64,000 nucleotides of DNA from Rhynchobatus australiae (Eukaryota). The DNA is taken from contig JAUZTB010000069.1 of NCBI GenBank assembly GCA_034780895.1, positions 20,291,035 to 20,355,034 of the forward strand, in the 5' to 3' direction. The notes under the pieces were generated by a model, which ran no database searches, was not told the origin of the DNA, and saw only the letters and a program-made list of their open reading frames with translations. Positions 13,489 to 27,259 of the stretch are shown piece after piece; position 1 is the stretch's first letter, and each line of letters starts with the position of its first letter. The translations under genes were made by a program, and so were the position numbers.

Positions 13489-14457
13489 ATACCTGATTGC
13501 AAGCGTTCGTGCACTGTTTGTGGAGAGTAAGACTCAATCTTAATTATTGAAGTCTACACAAATGAACATTTCTACAGTGTCCATTAAATAACAATCAGAT
13601 AAGAAACCTGGGCTGATTATTCCACTCCAGGAGCAATAAAACTGTTTACAATATCCCATTGTTGCCATATCCCAGGTTAATTAGATTGCTTTCCTATTTT
13701 CTTGATTTGTCCTTAATTCCCCAAATTATCACAGTCAAACTGGCTGCTGAAACATACCCAAAATGACAGCTTGGAATAATGCTTGCATTGGCGAGCTGAT
13801 TATTAAAATGAAAAAGGTAAGACTGGGCTCTTTCCAGATTCCCAGAGGCATGGAACCTTTTCATTATGTTTTAAGCACTGCAATAGAATTGATGCTATCG
13901 ACTCATAGAGTTATACAGCACAGAAGGAGGTTCCTCAGCCCAAAGTGTCCATGCTAACCAATATGCCTACCTGAGTTAGTCTTATTTGCCTGTGTTTCGC
14001 CCATATCCACATACCTGTCCAAATGTTTTTTAAAAACTGTAATTGTACCCACCTCTACCACTTCTTCCAATAGCTTGTTCTATAAATGTTTAAAACTTGT
14101 CCCTCAGATCCACTTTAAATGTTTCCCCTCTCACCTTAAAGCTATGTCCTCTGGTTTTAGACCCCCTACCCTGGGGAAAAGGATGCGACTGTCCACCTTT
14201 TCTATGCCCCTCGTGATTTTATAAACCTCTGCAAGGCCACTCCTCAGCCTCCTTTGCTCCAGGGATAACAGTCCCAGTCACACACACTATCCAGTCTCTT
14301 CTTATAACTCCAGCCCTCCAGTCCCAGCAATATCCTTATGAATCTTTTCTGCACACTCTTTGGCTTAATCCCATCCTTCCTATAGTGTGGCAACCAGAAC
14401 AGCATACAATATTCCAGATGCAGTCTCACCAATGTCTTGTACAGCTGTGACGTGACA

Positions 14458-15008
14458 TAAGATAAGATATTTATTTATTAGTCACAAGTACATCGAAACA
14501 GACAGTGAAACGTGTCTTTTTGCATTACTGAGAATGTGCTGGGGGGCAGCCCGCAAGTGTTGCCACTCTTCCGTTGCCAACATATCATGCCCACAGCTTC
14601 CTAACCTGTACATACCAGCAACAAAAGAAACACACCGAGACATGTATAAGTGTTAAAAACTACTTNNNNNNNNNNNNNNNNNNNNNNNNNNNNNNNNNNN
14701 NNNNNNNNNNNNNNNNNNNNNNNNNNNNNNNNNNNNNNNNNNNNNNNNNNNNNNNNNNNNNNNNNCATGACATTCTTTATCTTCTGTTGACGTAAGCACG
14801 CCACACACACGCACACACACACACACTATCTAAAAGGGACACTCACTAATAGTCCTGGTCTGTAACACATGGAAGAAAACCAGAGCACCCAGAGGAAACC
14901 CACACACACACGGGGAGAACATACAAACTCCTTACAGACAGCGGTGGAATTGAACCCTGGTCGCTGGCACTGTAATAGAGTTATGCTAACTGCTACACTA
15001 CCGTGCTG
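14458..15008 (-). mobile_element. V-domain tRNA-SINE with Rex1-like tail, containing a solo LTR
   Basis: A-box region GGTAGTGTAGCAGTTAG, B-box GGTTCAATTCC, V-domain GGGTTTCCTCTGGGTGCTCTGGTTT; tail TTTCACTGT..GTACTTGTGACTAATAAA followed by TATCT repeats. Confidence 0.85.
14607..14867 (-). mobile_element. Solo LTR, copy 1
   Basis: Close match to 36715-37073 on both sides of a 100-N gap; right end TGTAACA; internal CA repeat; left end degraded. Confidence 0.8.
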
Positions 15009-18000
15009 ACTCTTCTACTCAGTGCCCTGTCCGATAAAGGCAAGTGATCGCTATCCTGTCTACTTGTGTCGCTGCTTTCTGGGAACTATATACTTGTACT
15101 CCTGGGTCTTTCTGTTCTACAACACTCTCCAGGGCCCTATCATTTCAATATGTATGTCCTGCCCCAGTTTAATTTCTCAAAATTCATCACTTCACGATTG
15201 TCTGAGTTAAACTCCATCTGCCATTTCATTGCGAACTTTCCAAGTTGATCTATATCAATGTTATAACCTAAGACAACCTCCTTCCCTCTAATTTTGATGT
15301 CATCTGCAAATGTAGCTCAAAAGCTTTAGCTAGCTTTTAGTATAATATGGTATAGTTGAATGATATGTTGCAATGGCAATTAAAATGATTAGGTCTGTGG
15401 TTTATTGGACCTTAAACTATTTGAAAAATACAAATTCTCATAAATAATAAGGGTGCATTAAAGCTGCAAATTTAGTGGAATAAACACATGCCAGTATGTT
15501 TGGTATTTATCTAATGCATAATGCCACAGATTTGTGGAACTGGAAATGTATCAATTGACAAGTTACTAAAAAGGGAGTTCATGCTCCTGTAGTTGCTGAT
15601 ATACTTAGTTAAACCTTTGTCCCATTAATGGACTTTTCAAGTAATGGATAAAATCCTCCGGAGGGAATTGAAAATACCTCATATAAAACAGATAGCAAGT
15701 ATTAAATGCCCTCTATTCTTTTTTTAGCATCATAAAGTGTCAAGTAGATGAAATCCTATTCAATTTTACAATAAAATTGAAATCAATCTCATACAGGATG
15801 CTCATGGTTGAAGGGAATTGTTAGTGGCAACAATATAACACTCTCATATCGATGCAACGTATTCCATATTCAGTGCTTCATCAATCTTTTTTCCAATCAT
15901 AGTGAATTTTATAAACATGCCAATTATATATTCAGTATGTTAAGATCAAATAAAGCAGACATTAATTGCCCATTATATTTAAATGGATCTGAGTTAATGA
16001 TTCATTTCATTTTAAACGCCCTATTTTGTTCACTAGCGACTGCAACTCTGTTGGTCTGATTTTATCCAGACTTCTTTCCATACAAGACACATACCCATAT
16101 CAGATCACATCTCTGCAGACTAATTCTGGTTTGGGGTTAGGCTTTGTGCTACTTTTCTTCTTCGCGCTTAACCATTACATTGCNNNNNNNNNNNNNNNNN
16201 NNNNNNNNNNNNNNNNNNNNNNNNNNNNNNNNNNNNNNNNNNNNNNNNNNNNNNNNNNNNNNNNNNNNNNNNNNNNNNNNNNNCTTACACAACTCGCAGT
16301 TCTGTCCATAAAAAAGTACATACTTGAAGACTGTAATCATTATAGGTCTTCCTCCACTTTTCCTCCCTCTTAAAATATTAGCTTTAATTCCTGAACTAAA
16401 ATAAAATTAGAAAAAGTAGAAAACTGGTAACTATAATAGGAGGTACTGTATGAATGGTGGAGACAAGTGTCCTTGAGAATCTGTAAAAGGTGCTTTTTAA
16501 TTCATCAGTTTTTAATACGCCCAAATGTCCCAGCTAACTTTGCTACTACTTCTAATCACAAACTTATCAGATTTGCTCAAATTGGAACACTGGCAGAGCT
16601 GGAAAATGTAGCTAAATATTTGTTTTAACAAATTCACTTGGCAGGTAATTAAATATTTTAATTTAGTAGTGATAGTATACTGCATAGGCTGAAAGAAAGA
16701 CAAATGATTAGTTGAATTATCACAAGGAAATAAGAACTAATAGAAATGTTCCATTCAATGCACAGGCAATGTTAGGCAGATTAAAGAATCATAACTAGCT
16801 GGGCATTTGTAGGAAGATTCAAAAGTTATCTTGAGGTTTCACTACATAATACAATCACAAATATAAATGAAGATCAGCTTTGTTAAAGATGAAGATGAAA
16901 CAAAACTTCATTAAGGCATGAAAAGAATTAAAGGCTGAAAAATAGATAACATTCTTACAATATCAAACCAAAGCTGTATGGCATAAATGTAAATTGGCAT
17001 AACATGTACTTTAAACATGGATTAGAAAGAAAGCTTTTAATTCAAATAATTATAAATGTTTATAAACCTCTGCCAGAACAGCAAAGACCTTGGTTTGCAA
17101 AATGACATCTTTCACTATTACTCCCACACTGCCCAGCCCAGCCCAGGCTCCAGGGCGCTAGGCGATTGCAGAGATTTGTTTCAGGNNNNNNNNNNACCTC
17201 AAAATATTGACATCTTCTTTTTACTTTGTTGTATCTACTTACAGACATGTTGCATCTCTCCAAAATATTCCATTTCAGTTCACAATCTCAGCAGACACAG
17301 GTTCTAATTTTATTCCCATGTGAAATTGATTCATAACAATGTAGTAAGAAATGTATCCTTGAGGATCTATTTGTTTCTGCTTGGAAAAATTTGCATCTTT
17401 CCAAGTTAAAGGGGTAGCCCTCCTTAATAAATCTAATTCAAAAATTCAAACATCTAAATTCTGTTTGCTTAATTAAAACAAATGGCTTCTGAGAAATAGG
17501 ATTATTTTTTAAACGAGTGTTCACACGATACAATAAATTAAAATGGCAAGTTGTAAATTTCTACCTTGTTCCTCTTTACAGTACAACAGTAAGGAACATT
17601 TACTATTCCTGTTGCTCATTATAGGCCTGGTGGTTATCTGGCTGAAATTACTGTATACCCCAGATAGCTGAAAACCACAGATGTCCCAAGCAACACAGCA
17701 AATGATATATGTTCTGTCATAGCTGCGCTTCTCATGAGATAGAGTAAGTCTTCCCATAAGTAGCACACAAGTAACATCACCACATTCATCACAACATAAC
17801 GTACTAATGGAGTCATGGACAAGACTACATCATTAGTGAATAATGAAGACCGTGAAGATTTATGCATGAGGTCAATGAAGATATCTTCAATTAATCCTGA
17901 TTTCACCATCACGTGCAGTTTGAAATGCATCAATATTTGCTCAAGGTTGATTTATAATAAAGGCCTTTTTGGATCACTATTAATATAACAATTTATAAAT

Positions 18001-19139
18001 CTCCACTAGGTGGTGATAGGGTATTCCTTGATAATTTCTCTATACCAGACAAAGCCAACAACCATTTCNNNNNNNNNNNNNNNNNNNNNNNNNNNNNNNN
18101 NNNNNNNNNNNNNNNNNNNNNNNNNNNNNNNNNNNNNNNNNNNNNNNNNNNNNNNNNNNNNNNNNNNNCAACAACCATTTCAATTACAGATGTTCACAAT
18201 GGCATGGCATAACTAGTTTGATGCTACTGTACCTACCCGCTATAAATCTGAAGTTCCTTGTAAGCATGAATTATTTAATTATTCTATGCACTCAGCACAT
18301 TTCAAAATGATTGGCTTTTTATAAGGAAAGTAATTATTTCAAGACATAATTAAATTATGTTAATTGTGTACTGAATTAAAATTGATTCAATATGAATCAA
18401 GCTATTACATAATGATACAAATATATTATCCATGTATTAGTTACTTCTTTATTCCAAAGGGCAGTACTAAATGACCTTTGGAATCTAATGTCAGGCAGGT
18501 TTAAGATATTAGTAACTTTCTATAAGGACAGAAGTAGGTAATGAAATATCTAAATATCTATGAAATTAGATCAATATTTCTCTGTCACTAGTATTATATT
18601 TTACTAGCATTCATTATTTAATAAATTAAAGATACATATAGAAATGATTACGAACATTATAACAAAACATGCTCTTATTTTATTTAATTCATAATCATTA
18701 AAGATGCAAGTCTAGATGAGTTAAAAATGGCGGGGGAAATAAAATTCACATGCATGTAGATAATGTTGTGTACCACTGTATAGTATGGTTTTGCAACCCC
18801 ATTGTATAATTAAAAGTCATGAACCTAGCTGGCATTTATAGTGCCATCATTTGCAAACTGCCGCATTTTTCTGAAGCATCATATGCCCCGTAAGGTCAAA
18901 AACATTCAGGGGCTCAAATAACTGTTTACCTATTAAGTTATCAAATGTCAAATGAGCAAAAGGAAATGAGCAAAACAGAGTGATGGGCAGAGAATGATCA
19001 GCAACACAACCAGCAATCAATTCTTTTTATTTTTTAAGTTATAATTTACGAACTATCAGGTACCAAAAACCTTGCCTGCTAAATAGGCCACACTGCACCT
19101 GATTCCAACTTTTTGTTTACACTCTGGTCAGTGAACATG

Positions 19140-19830
19140 TCTGGAAAGAAATGGGGTCTATCTAAAATATACAAGTTCAGAGATTGATGGAAGATTTTCC
19201 ACTTGCCTGATGGATACAAACTCCAACAATAGTCAACAAGTTTGATGCCACCTGAAATTAAAGAGCCCATTTAATTGGCACCTGATCCACCACCTTAAAA
19301 GTTATTCCCTCTTCCACTAGCAGATGTGATTTAGTGTGCACGATCTACAAAATACATTGCAACCACTTGAGCAGAACAACTTACCCCCTCCCTTCATCCC
19401 CCACCACAAATCTGCAATCGCTAACCATGCAGGACAATGGCAGCAGGTGGATGGGAATACACAGCATCAAAGATTCCCTCCGTGACTGCGTAGTATACTA
19501 TCATGTTGACTTGGAGGTTCCAGACCTGGAATCCATGAGACACTGTAGGTCATCAAGAGCAGAATCAAATTTCANNNNNNNNNNNNNNNNNNNNNNNNNN
19601 NNNNNNNNNNNNNNNNNNNNNNNNNNNNNNNNNNNNNNNNNNNGCCCCCTCCCCCATCACCCATCCACCCCACTTCCTTAGCATCAAGCCAGGGAACCAA
19701 CTTTACTTTAATGAGGAGTGTAGCAGAGCTTGCAAAGAGAAGCAACAAGATTACCATGGTTCCAACTTGGTGAAACTGCAATGCAGAACAGTTAGAAGGT
19801 GCAAGCAATGAAGATAAGCATCAGACTGAA
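19140..19830 (+). mobile_element. LINE-B fragments
   Basis: AGTGTGCACGATCTACAAAATAC matches 10685-10707; CATCAAGCCAGGGAACCAA..AATGAGGAGTG matches 46160-46230. Confidence 0.6.
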
Positions 19831-22800
19831 GCTCTGCAGTCCTTTCAAAAATCTGGAGACACTCAGGAGGAAATTCCATGAATATCCCCACTGAACTTGT
19901 ACCAGCTTCGACCTTCTGCAACCTCATGCAGGTTCAGTCCCTCCTTTCATTTCAGTGGAGAAAAGCGGCTTTCAGGGTAAATTTCAGGCAATTTCCTTTT
20001 TATGAATCGATTAAGTCAATTTAAATGTATTTGATTATTTTGAGATGTTTTTCATTTTTCTTGTAATTTCTTAAAACTTTCAATATGTTAATAAAGTTCA
20101 ATATTGTATTTAATTTTAATATTTTTTTAATGTTTTCAAATGTTTATGATTGTCAGAGACATTCAGAAACTTTCAAGGTATTTCACAGCTGCTTCACTTT
20201 GGGGACTGGGCTTCACCGGCTGTTAGTAAAAATTACTGTGGGATTGACAACCAGAAATGACTTCACTAATAAGGTTGGAGCTGGCTTTATTCAGGAGGTT
20301 TCCCACTAGGGTATACACTCAAGGTATGAGCAGGTTTAGTAAGCAGTGGAACAGGGAGCAATGGAACACTCTAAGGAACTCTGGGGAAAGATTTCAGAGA
20401 GTACGTAACCAGTACTTTTTATAGTTGTAGCAAAATTTCTTCCCTTTTTTATTCTAGCTCTTTAGTTTTTTTTATACTAACACACTAGATTTTAGAGATT
20501 GATGCAGATGAACTTTTAAATTTTTATGGACCTCCAATGGTTCTAAATTTTTACCATTTACACAAGGTTTAGAAATGTCTACTTATGATCGAGAAAGGAA
20601 TTAAGTTTCAAGTGGTGTAGTGTGTTGATACAAAAAAATAAAAACAATTGTAGAGTGAGATTAAAAAAGGGATTTAGCTACAACTATAAAAAAAGTAGAT
20701 GACACTCAATCTGAAATCTTGAGTGCAGCGTTACTGCAAATGCCAGAGTCAATAACCCCATTTGATAAAGTAGATGGGTGTAGAAATGCGTCATTCATTG
20801 TGAATGCTAATCACAATGTAGCAGTTGTAGGTTGTTTCGCTGACTTCAAACAGAGTACAATGCACAACTAGTATCATGTTTTGTGCTTAATTCTCATGAC
20901 CAAGGACTGCTTTCCAAATTCCTACTTTCTAAAACATTACTGGGATTACTGAGTGGGTTTCACAGGATCTATTAAAATATGGAGGCATGCTTTAACAAAC
21001 CTCCAGATGTTGAAGAATGTAAAGAAACATTTATTGGATTGTCCTCTTTATTTTCCAATTCCATAACTTAAAGCTATCAGAAAGTGCACACGAAGTATTG
21101 GAGGCCAGGAGAGGATTTAATGATTAACAACATCAGCAGAAAAGCCAAATGTTTAAGGATTTATGCTGAAAAAGTTATTCAATGAGAGAGTTTTTTTTAT
21201 ATCTTGCCAAACGTCCTTGAAATGTCAATCAGTAGGTATGAGGGTTTCATTTCACAATCTAAAAGGCCATAAAGAAAATAACTCTCCACAGACTTCAAGA
21301 AATAAAGATCAGCTGTTAACTTGACTATTGGAAAGGGTTAGAATGGATGGTGTTTTTCAACTAGACAATTACAAGTATTTTTGTTTAATTTCAATTTAAT
21401 TAAAATTTGTTTAAATTTGATTTCCAGTTGCATATCACTTCTCTACCGCAGCCTGTTCATGAGTGAAATTTTACATCCAGGTTGTAAGATTGTGCATTAT
21501 TTTGACCAAAAAGGGATTGTTTCCAATGACGGTTATGTGAATAGCATAATCAAGGCAGAAAATGTTTTAAACTCACAATTCATAACAAAAACAATCTCAA
21601 TAATGCCAATTTTCACATTTATTTGCCCCTTGAATATGTTACTGTCTGAATGTGCCTTTTCTAAATGCACTGCTTACATTTAAATGGTTTGTAAATGTAT
21701 GCACTTCCATGCTCACCATCATTTGAGTCAAGTGCTCCTCTTTAAGGAAGCTAGCTTTGTGTTCTTGTTCAAAGTGAATGCCAAACTGACACAGTGGAAC
21801 AGTTGTATTAAGACTTTGATCTTCAATGGGTTTTCCCTGTTTTACAAGCTGCCCCTAGGTGGCATGGTTGCAGGGTATGATACTGGCACACAGTTTCCAA
21901 TGACTCCAACTCAGACACCTTTTCCATTGCTTCAGAGTTCAGGACATTGCCTGCAATCTTTCTTCGAGCAGCTCACTTCTTTATATTAAATGCCATTTAT
22001 TGGGTTGAAATTCTGAAGGATGCCAATCACTCAAATACGCAAGGCATCTGCTGGCTTACTCTGCAGTAAGATGGAGCCTCACCACCATGAAGGTAACTCA
22101 CTGGATATGCTGCGTATCTGGCCTCCCAGCCTGACGCCAGGCTGCTCCATACATGTGAAGGGTAAGTGAAGGGAACTGGCGGAACATCATTTTAATTAAT
22201 ATTAAATGTTTAATTTATTTACATAAAATGAAAGCTGCCTAAAACAAATTTACGGCTTTTCATTTGTTTACATTTTTATTACACTTTGTTATATTTTAAT
22301 TATCTTAATGTTTTTGAAATATTTGTAAATGTGTCCACTCATACACTACTCTACCTCATGGTAACAGCAGTGAGGCTGACAGCTTGTTGGGGATACAGTG
22401 GGTGTACGGGTGGGTGTACCTTGGAAGGCCTCTGTGAGGTGTGGGTCAGGTTGAGCATACTCCGAACCAATATCGTATTTACTTTTCTGTACGGTGTTAA
22501 TATTTAACCTCCTTCTCTTCATGAACCACAGCATGTTTTGAATAAATTCAACATGCATCCTGGGGCAAATTAGGATGAGGAATCAACTCAACCAGTGCCA
22601 AAGACTCCAGTAAAGAACTATTGAAATTCATGCTCTATTACGGTCTGACTGCATAGTATGTATGTCATGGATAGGACTGTATCTGTTCTCAATTCCTCTG
22701 AAGACTGTCCATTCACAAAAACAGTTGTGGTTGTTTACTCCAATGCTACTCACTTTAAAGGAAAAGTCTAGACATTACTCTCTTAATCTTTATTATTGTT

Positions 22801-23695
22801 TATATTATCTTTTCTGTTTTAATTCATGGATACCTATACCTATGTTTAGTAGATGGTCCTAAAAATTATGTATGAATCCTTCTGAATGATGTCATTACTC
22901 TCCCTAATTTAGCAACACAGACAATATAGGAAGACACATTATATATTCCTGATAAGACACTTCAGAGCTATTTTCTTTATATTGAAAAGCCTGTTGCTTC
23001 AAGATGCAAAGAAGTTCAACGGTTAACCCTCAACTCGCCAAGATATTAAGCACTCAATTCCTCAGGCTGTCCAGTATAATGCTGTGGCATGTTTGATGAA
23101 TAGCTTGAATACACTGCATACTTCTTTAGAACAGTACATCCACATGGTACATCTACATGAACACAAATTCTCCATACCTAACTTTACAATGATTTAGTTT
23201 CTCAAACTTACACCCAAATTAGTGCAGACATTGTAATTTCATATTAATACTTGATACTCAAGTCAAGGAACTTCTTCCCTCAAATTCTTTCCTGCTTTTC
23301 AGGGTTGGTGAAGGTATGTTGAAAAGTTGGCACAGGGGCAGTGATTGTTATCATGTTTACTCAGGAGAACAACTTCTGATTTCAAGAATACCCATCACTG
23401 ACAAAACCCTGATCACAGCCTGAAGACTGGGTGTGCACACAATCCATATGGTCACTGCTAAAACTTTTCAATTTTCTCTCAGCAAAAGTTGGTTCACAAG
23501 CATCCTTCAACACATAAGAAGCAAATATTTGGGAAGAGCAAGAGATACCATTGCACATTGATGCGATTTGTCAGATGAAAGATTATAGCAACATAAAACA
23601 CTCCCCTTTCCCTGCTTGGTGGATCTTTGGTTGCCAGGCACTGAAAGAATGTGCCCTTCCAACTTCTTACAGCAATATAAAGATAGATCCCATGT

Positions 23696-23770
23696 TATGT
23701 GTGTGTGCATGCATGCATGCGTGTATGTGTATACATATGCATGTGTGCATATATATGTGCATGTGCATAC
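23696..23770. repeat. Alternating purine-pyrimidine microsatellite (TG/CA/TA mix)
   Basis: 75 bp of uninterrupted RY alternation. Confidence 0.9.
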
Positions 23771-26204
23771 TTAAAGCCTTCAGTTCTGCTGTAAACAAAT
23801 ATTGACCCATCTCCTTTCAGAAACTGATCTGAATCTACAGAAATAATTTCTCTATGATGGCAAGCTATCCCAGATGACTGATGTACTTCAGGCAATAACT
23901 TCCTATCCTGGTCTATTTTGACATTGATGCTGGTTTCCTAAACCATACCACAAACCAGACTGGGATCAGGCAACCTGGTATAAACAGCCGATCATCCTTA
24001 ATTTCCTTTAAGTACTGCTGTAGATGCTCAAGTTGTTGGCTGAGCTGACCCACAGCAGTGTGATCAGTCTGGGCTGCCGNNNNNNNNNNTGCCGGACAAT
24101 GGTTGCTGCTTTGCTGCCAATTACTCCTTCATTGTGAATGATTTTCAGGAAAGATTTTGTCACTGTTTCTCTTGGAGAGGTTCATCCACATTGCTTGATA
24201 ATATCTCTTGTCAATATTGCCATTGCCCTCCAACTGCCCTTTGTCATGAGAAGGAAGTTAATGGTGATGAGGTGCCATGGTAGGTGAGGGCAAGCTTGTT
24301 AAAACATTCAATACCCATTTAGTTCCCACTTTTCTGTCTTCTATTAATATGTTTATGCAATTCAATAAGCAGTGTATCTCCCAAAATATTAAAGCTTAAC
24401 CTGAACATTTTCTTGCTTTAAAACTGTTCTCTGTTTGAACGCTATTTTCTCCTATTAATTAGTCAAAAGAATCATGTGCCCATCTCTGTAATGAATAGAA
24501 ACACCCCTTTCCCTGCAAGCAGTTATAGTACTTGTTTATTTTTGCCACATTTTGACAGTCTAGATTCCATCCAGTCAGTTGTGAATATTTTCTGAAAAAC
24601 TGATAAGAATCCCGTCACAGGCACTGAGACATGCCAAACATACTTAACTGCAGACAGTTAATAAATAACTCCAAATATGAAGNNNNNNNNNNNNNNAGCA
24701 ATGGCTTATGAGTCATATTATATGCTCCACTATTGCTTTTTAAAGAGGGTCATCTGACAAATTTCACCAAAGTGATTCCAAAACACACAGTGTTTGTCAT
24801 AGATGCAGGCCACCCACCCTGTAAATGTCAGCTAAAGTGAGCTGGCAGAGTAGCAAGACTATGGGATTGAATGAGGGAAATTAGAGGTGAGGAGGGAGAA
24901 GACTAATAACTTCCTCCTCACGAGAAAGTTGAACACTAATAAATGGCAGATATCAATATTTGATTAATAGCCTGACCTCTGATAAAATGTTTGCCACAGC
25001 AATTGAAGTTAACTCCTTGCTTTCTGGCATAATTTCAAACGTAAATGACCATTGTAAGTTTTGCACACAACACTTTTGTACATGGCAACTTTTCATTACA
25101 TGCCATGTGTACTCTTTTTTGCAAAATAAAATGCATAGTAAATTCACTCATCAAAACTATCAGCAAAGTATTAAGAGGAACATAAGAAAATGGTTTAGGT
25201 GATTATCATAGTTTGAAAAGGAATGAACATTAAATAGTACTCACTGGATTTGTCTGAATATTTATTGACAAAGCAAATAGGGTAACACAATACAGCATCA
25301 TACAAATTCCTTTAAATCATTTAAAACACAATTGCTTTTTTCTGCTTCTTTTGAAGATAACTGATATACTTGGCATCCTGAATGTTTTCTGTAATAACAT
25401 ATGTAGGAATCTCACTGCAGTGTTACAAAGGATAGAGTTTAGATTAATTAACAGAAGATAAGATGTTGATTTTGAAAATCCAGTCCTCTCTATATAAACA
25501 CAATAGCAGATGGGATAATCCATTACAAAGACACAGGCCACACAGCCAAAAGTGCTGTGCGGCAGAAGAGTCACAATAAATACACACTATAAAATAAAAA
25601 GCTTAATGTGTGAAATGCATTGATGCTTTGTTAAAGCAACCTCTTTTTGCAGTTTTATTTGGTGGAATCTCAAAGTATTTGTCCAAATTCGGTTAATTTT
25701 CAGGTTCTGTTCCATGATGTGAGTTTTGGTCTTACATTAAGAAACAAATAACAAATTGTATCATTGGAAAGCATAAAGCTCGCAGGAACTTTTGCTGATC
25801 CCAGTTTTATTACTTTAATAACTGTCCTTTCTTCCAACTTACTGCTTCATCACATTGCTTTTAATTTGGAGGAAGTTTTTTGCAATGTGGCAAGATGATG
25901 AATTCATTTTAAAAGCTCTTCAAAGGGCTGGTGGATTTTCTAACACTCAAATCACACAGGTTTACTGGTTAAGGAAAGATACATCTTTTTCGAAGTTCAA
26001 CCACAGGCAGATTTTCACTCCTTTTCCAACTTCCCCAGAATTCATTCATGTTTGACAATAGCTCCTCCTACTTTTTGTTTCAATGGAAATGAGATCAATT
26101 GGTGGGGTGTGATGTGATATCCGGAAGATCTTTTATACTAATTCACATAGATGTGAACCTTGCTAGTTTAGCCAGAAGTTGTCATCCATCCCTACTTGTT
26201 ACTA

Positions 26205-26505
26205 CACTTCTGAACAGAATGGTTTGCTGGAACTTTTCAGAGAGAGATTTAGACTCGGGGTCTGGAGCCAGCAAAGACAAGAGGGGCCAATTTCCTTTCC
26301 TGATGGATATCAATGAACCAGCTAGCTTTTAAGAGCAACCTGATGGTTTAATAGCTACTTTTACCCATAATGTCTTCTTAAATCCATTGCTGTTTAATTA
26401 CACAAATGATCCAGCTGTCATGGTGGAATTCAAACATGTCTCTGGATTGATAATCCAGGAGTCTGTATCCCAGTCTAGTAACTAAACCATAATGGCAGCA
26501 TACAC
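26205..26505 (-). mobile_element. Older copy of the Meta/SlmI-like SINE
   Basis: AATTTCCTTTCCTGA..TGAACCA and CTGTCATGG.GG.ATT match 13277-13410. Confidence 0.65.
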
Positions 26506-26539
26506 CTGTTTATTGGTCATTTCATTGCTCATAATCTAC

Positions 26540-26802
26540 TGCACCATTAACATTTCCATCTGCTCAGCAATTGGCTCTGCCCTATGCTGCAGGTTTTATA
26601 TTTTGTGAGCAATTCCCTGACACACTGAAAATATATCAGCATTCTTTCTTCATCACTGGGTCCAAGACCTAAAGCTTGCCACCCAACAATGATAATGGAA
26701 GTGCCATCACCAGAAGGACTATAACCTTCTCAAGAACCATTTAGGATGAGCAACCAATACTGGCCTTGCCAGCAATGCCCACGTCTGATAAATGTATTAA
26801 AA
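26540..26802 (+). mobile_element. LINE-B 3' terminus
   Basis: TCACTGGGTCCAAGACC..GAAGGACT..CTTCTCAAG..ACTGGCCTTGCCAGCAATGCCCAC. Confidence 0.65.
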
Positions 26803-27259
26803 CATTGTGTGAGAATGTTGTGGATATTTGAATGTTACCTCAGAGTCATGATAGGGATTGTTGTTAGTGGAGAGAAGGNNNNNNNNNNNNNNNNNNNNNN
26901 NNNNNNNNNNTACATACAGATTGTCTGGAGAGGCTTCCTTTATTTCCACAATGCCTTCACCACAAGTGAAAGGGCATTAAAAATATTTTGACATGATGTC
27001 TCTGCCCTTAGGGCTATACTTCTGGCATAGAACTAGAAATCTCTTCCTCTTTGCACTTGACAATGAATTTGCAAGGTTTTCTTGGTCCCCTCAAATGGAG
27101 GATCTCTCTTCCTCTCCACTCTGTTATCCAATGTGTTTAAAGCCAAAACACTCACACTCATGTTATGCCATGATTCCCTCACAATATCCAAAACGAGGAA
27201 TGAGTACCTGCCCTTCAAAGAGTGCTGGCACAGTTCAATTTGCATCAGCTCACTTTAAC

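Larger units (their letters stand above)
13902..15312 (-). mobile_element. CR1 LINE 3' portion split by a SINE at 14458-15008
   Basis: ORF VRLHLEYCMLFWLPHYRKD..VQKRFIRILLGLEG; the two flanks rejoin as in the uninterrupted copy at 38905-38950; FADD-encoding TTTGCAGATGAC at 15299-15310 (-). Confidence 0.9.

Noticed and set aside
21014-21036. GAATGTAAAGAA resembling miR-1
   Set aside because: Seed mismatch and no complementary arm; chance match in AT-rich DNA.
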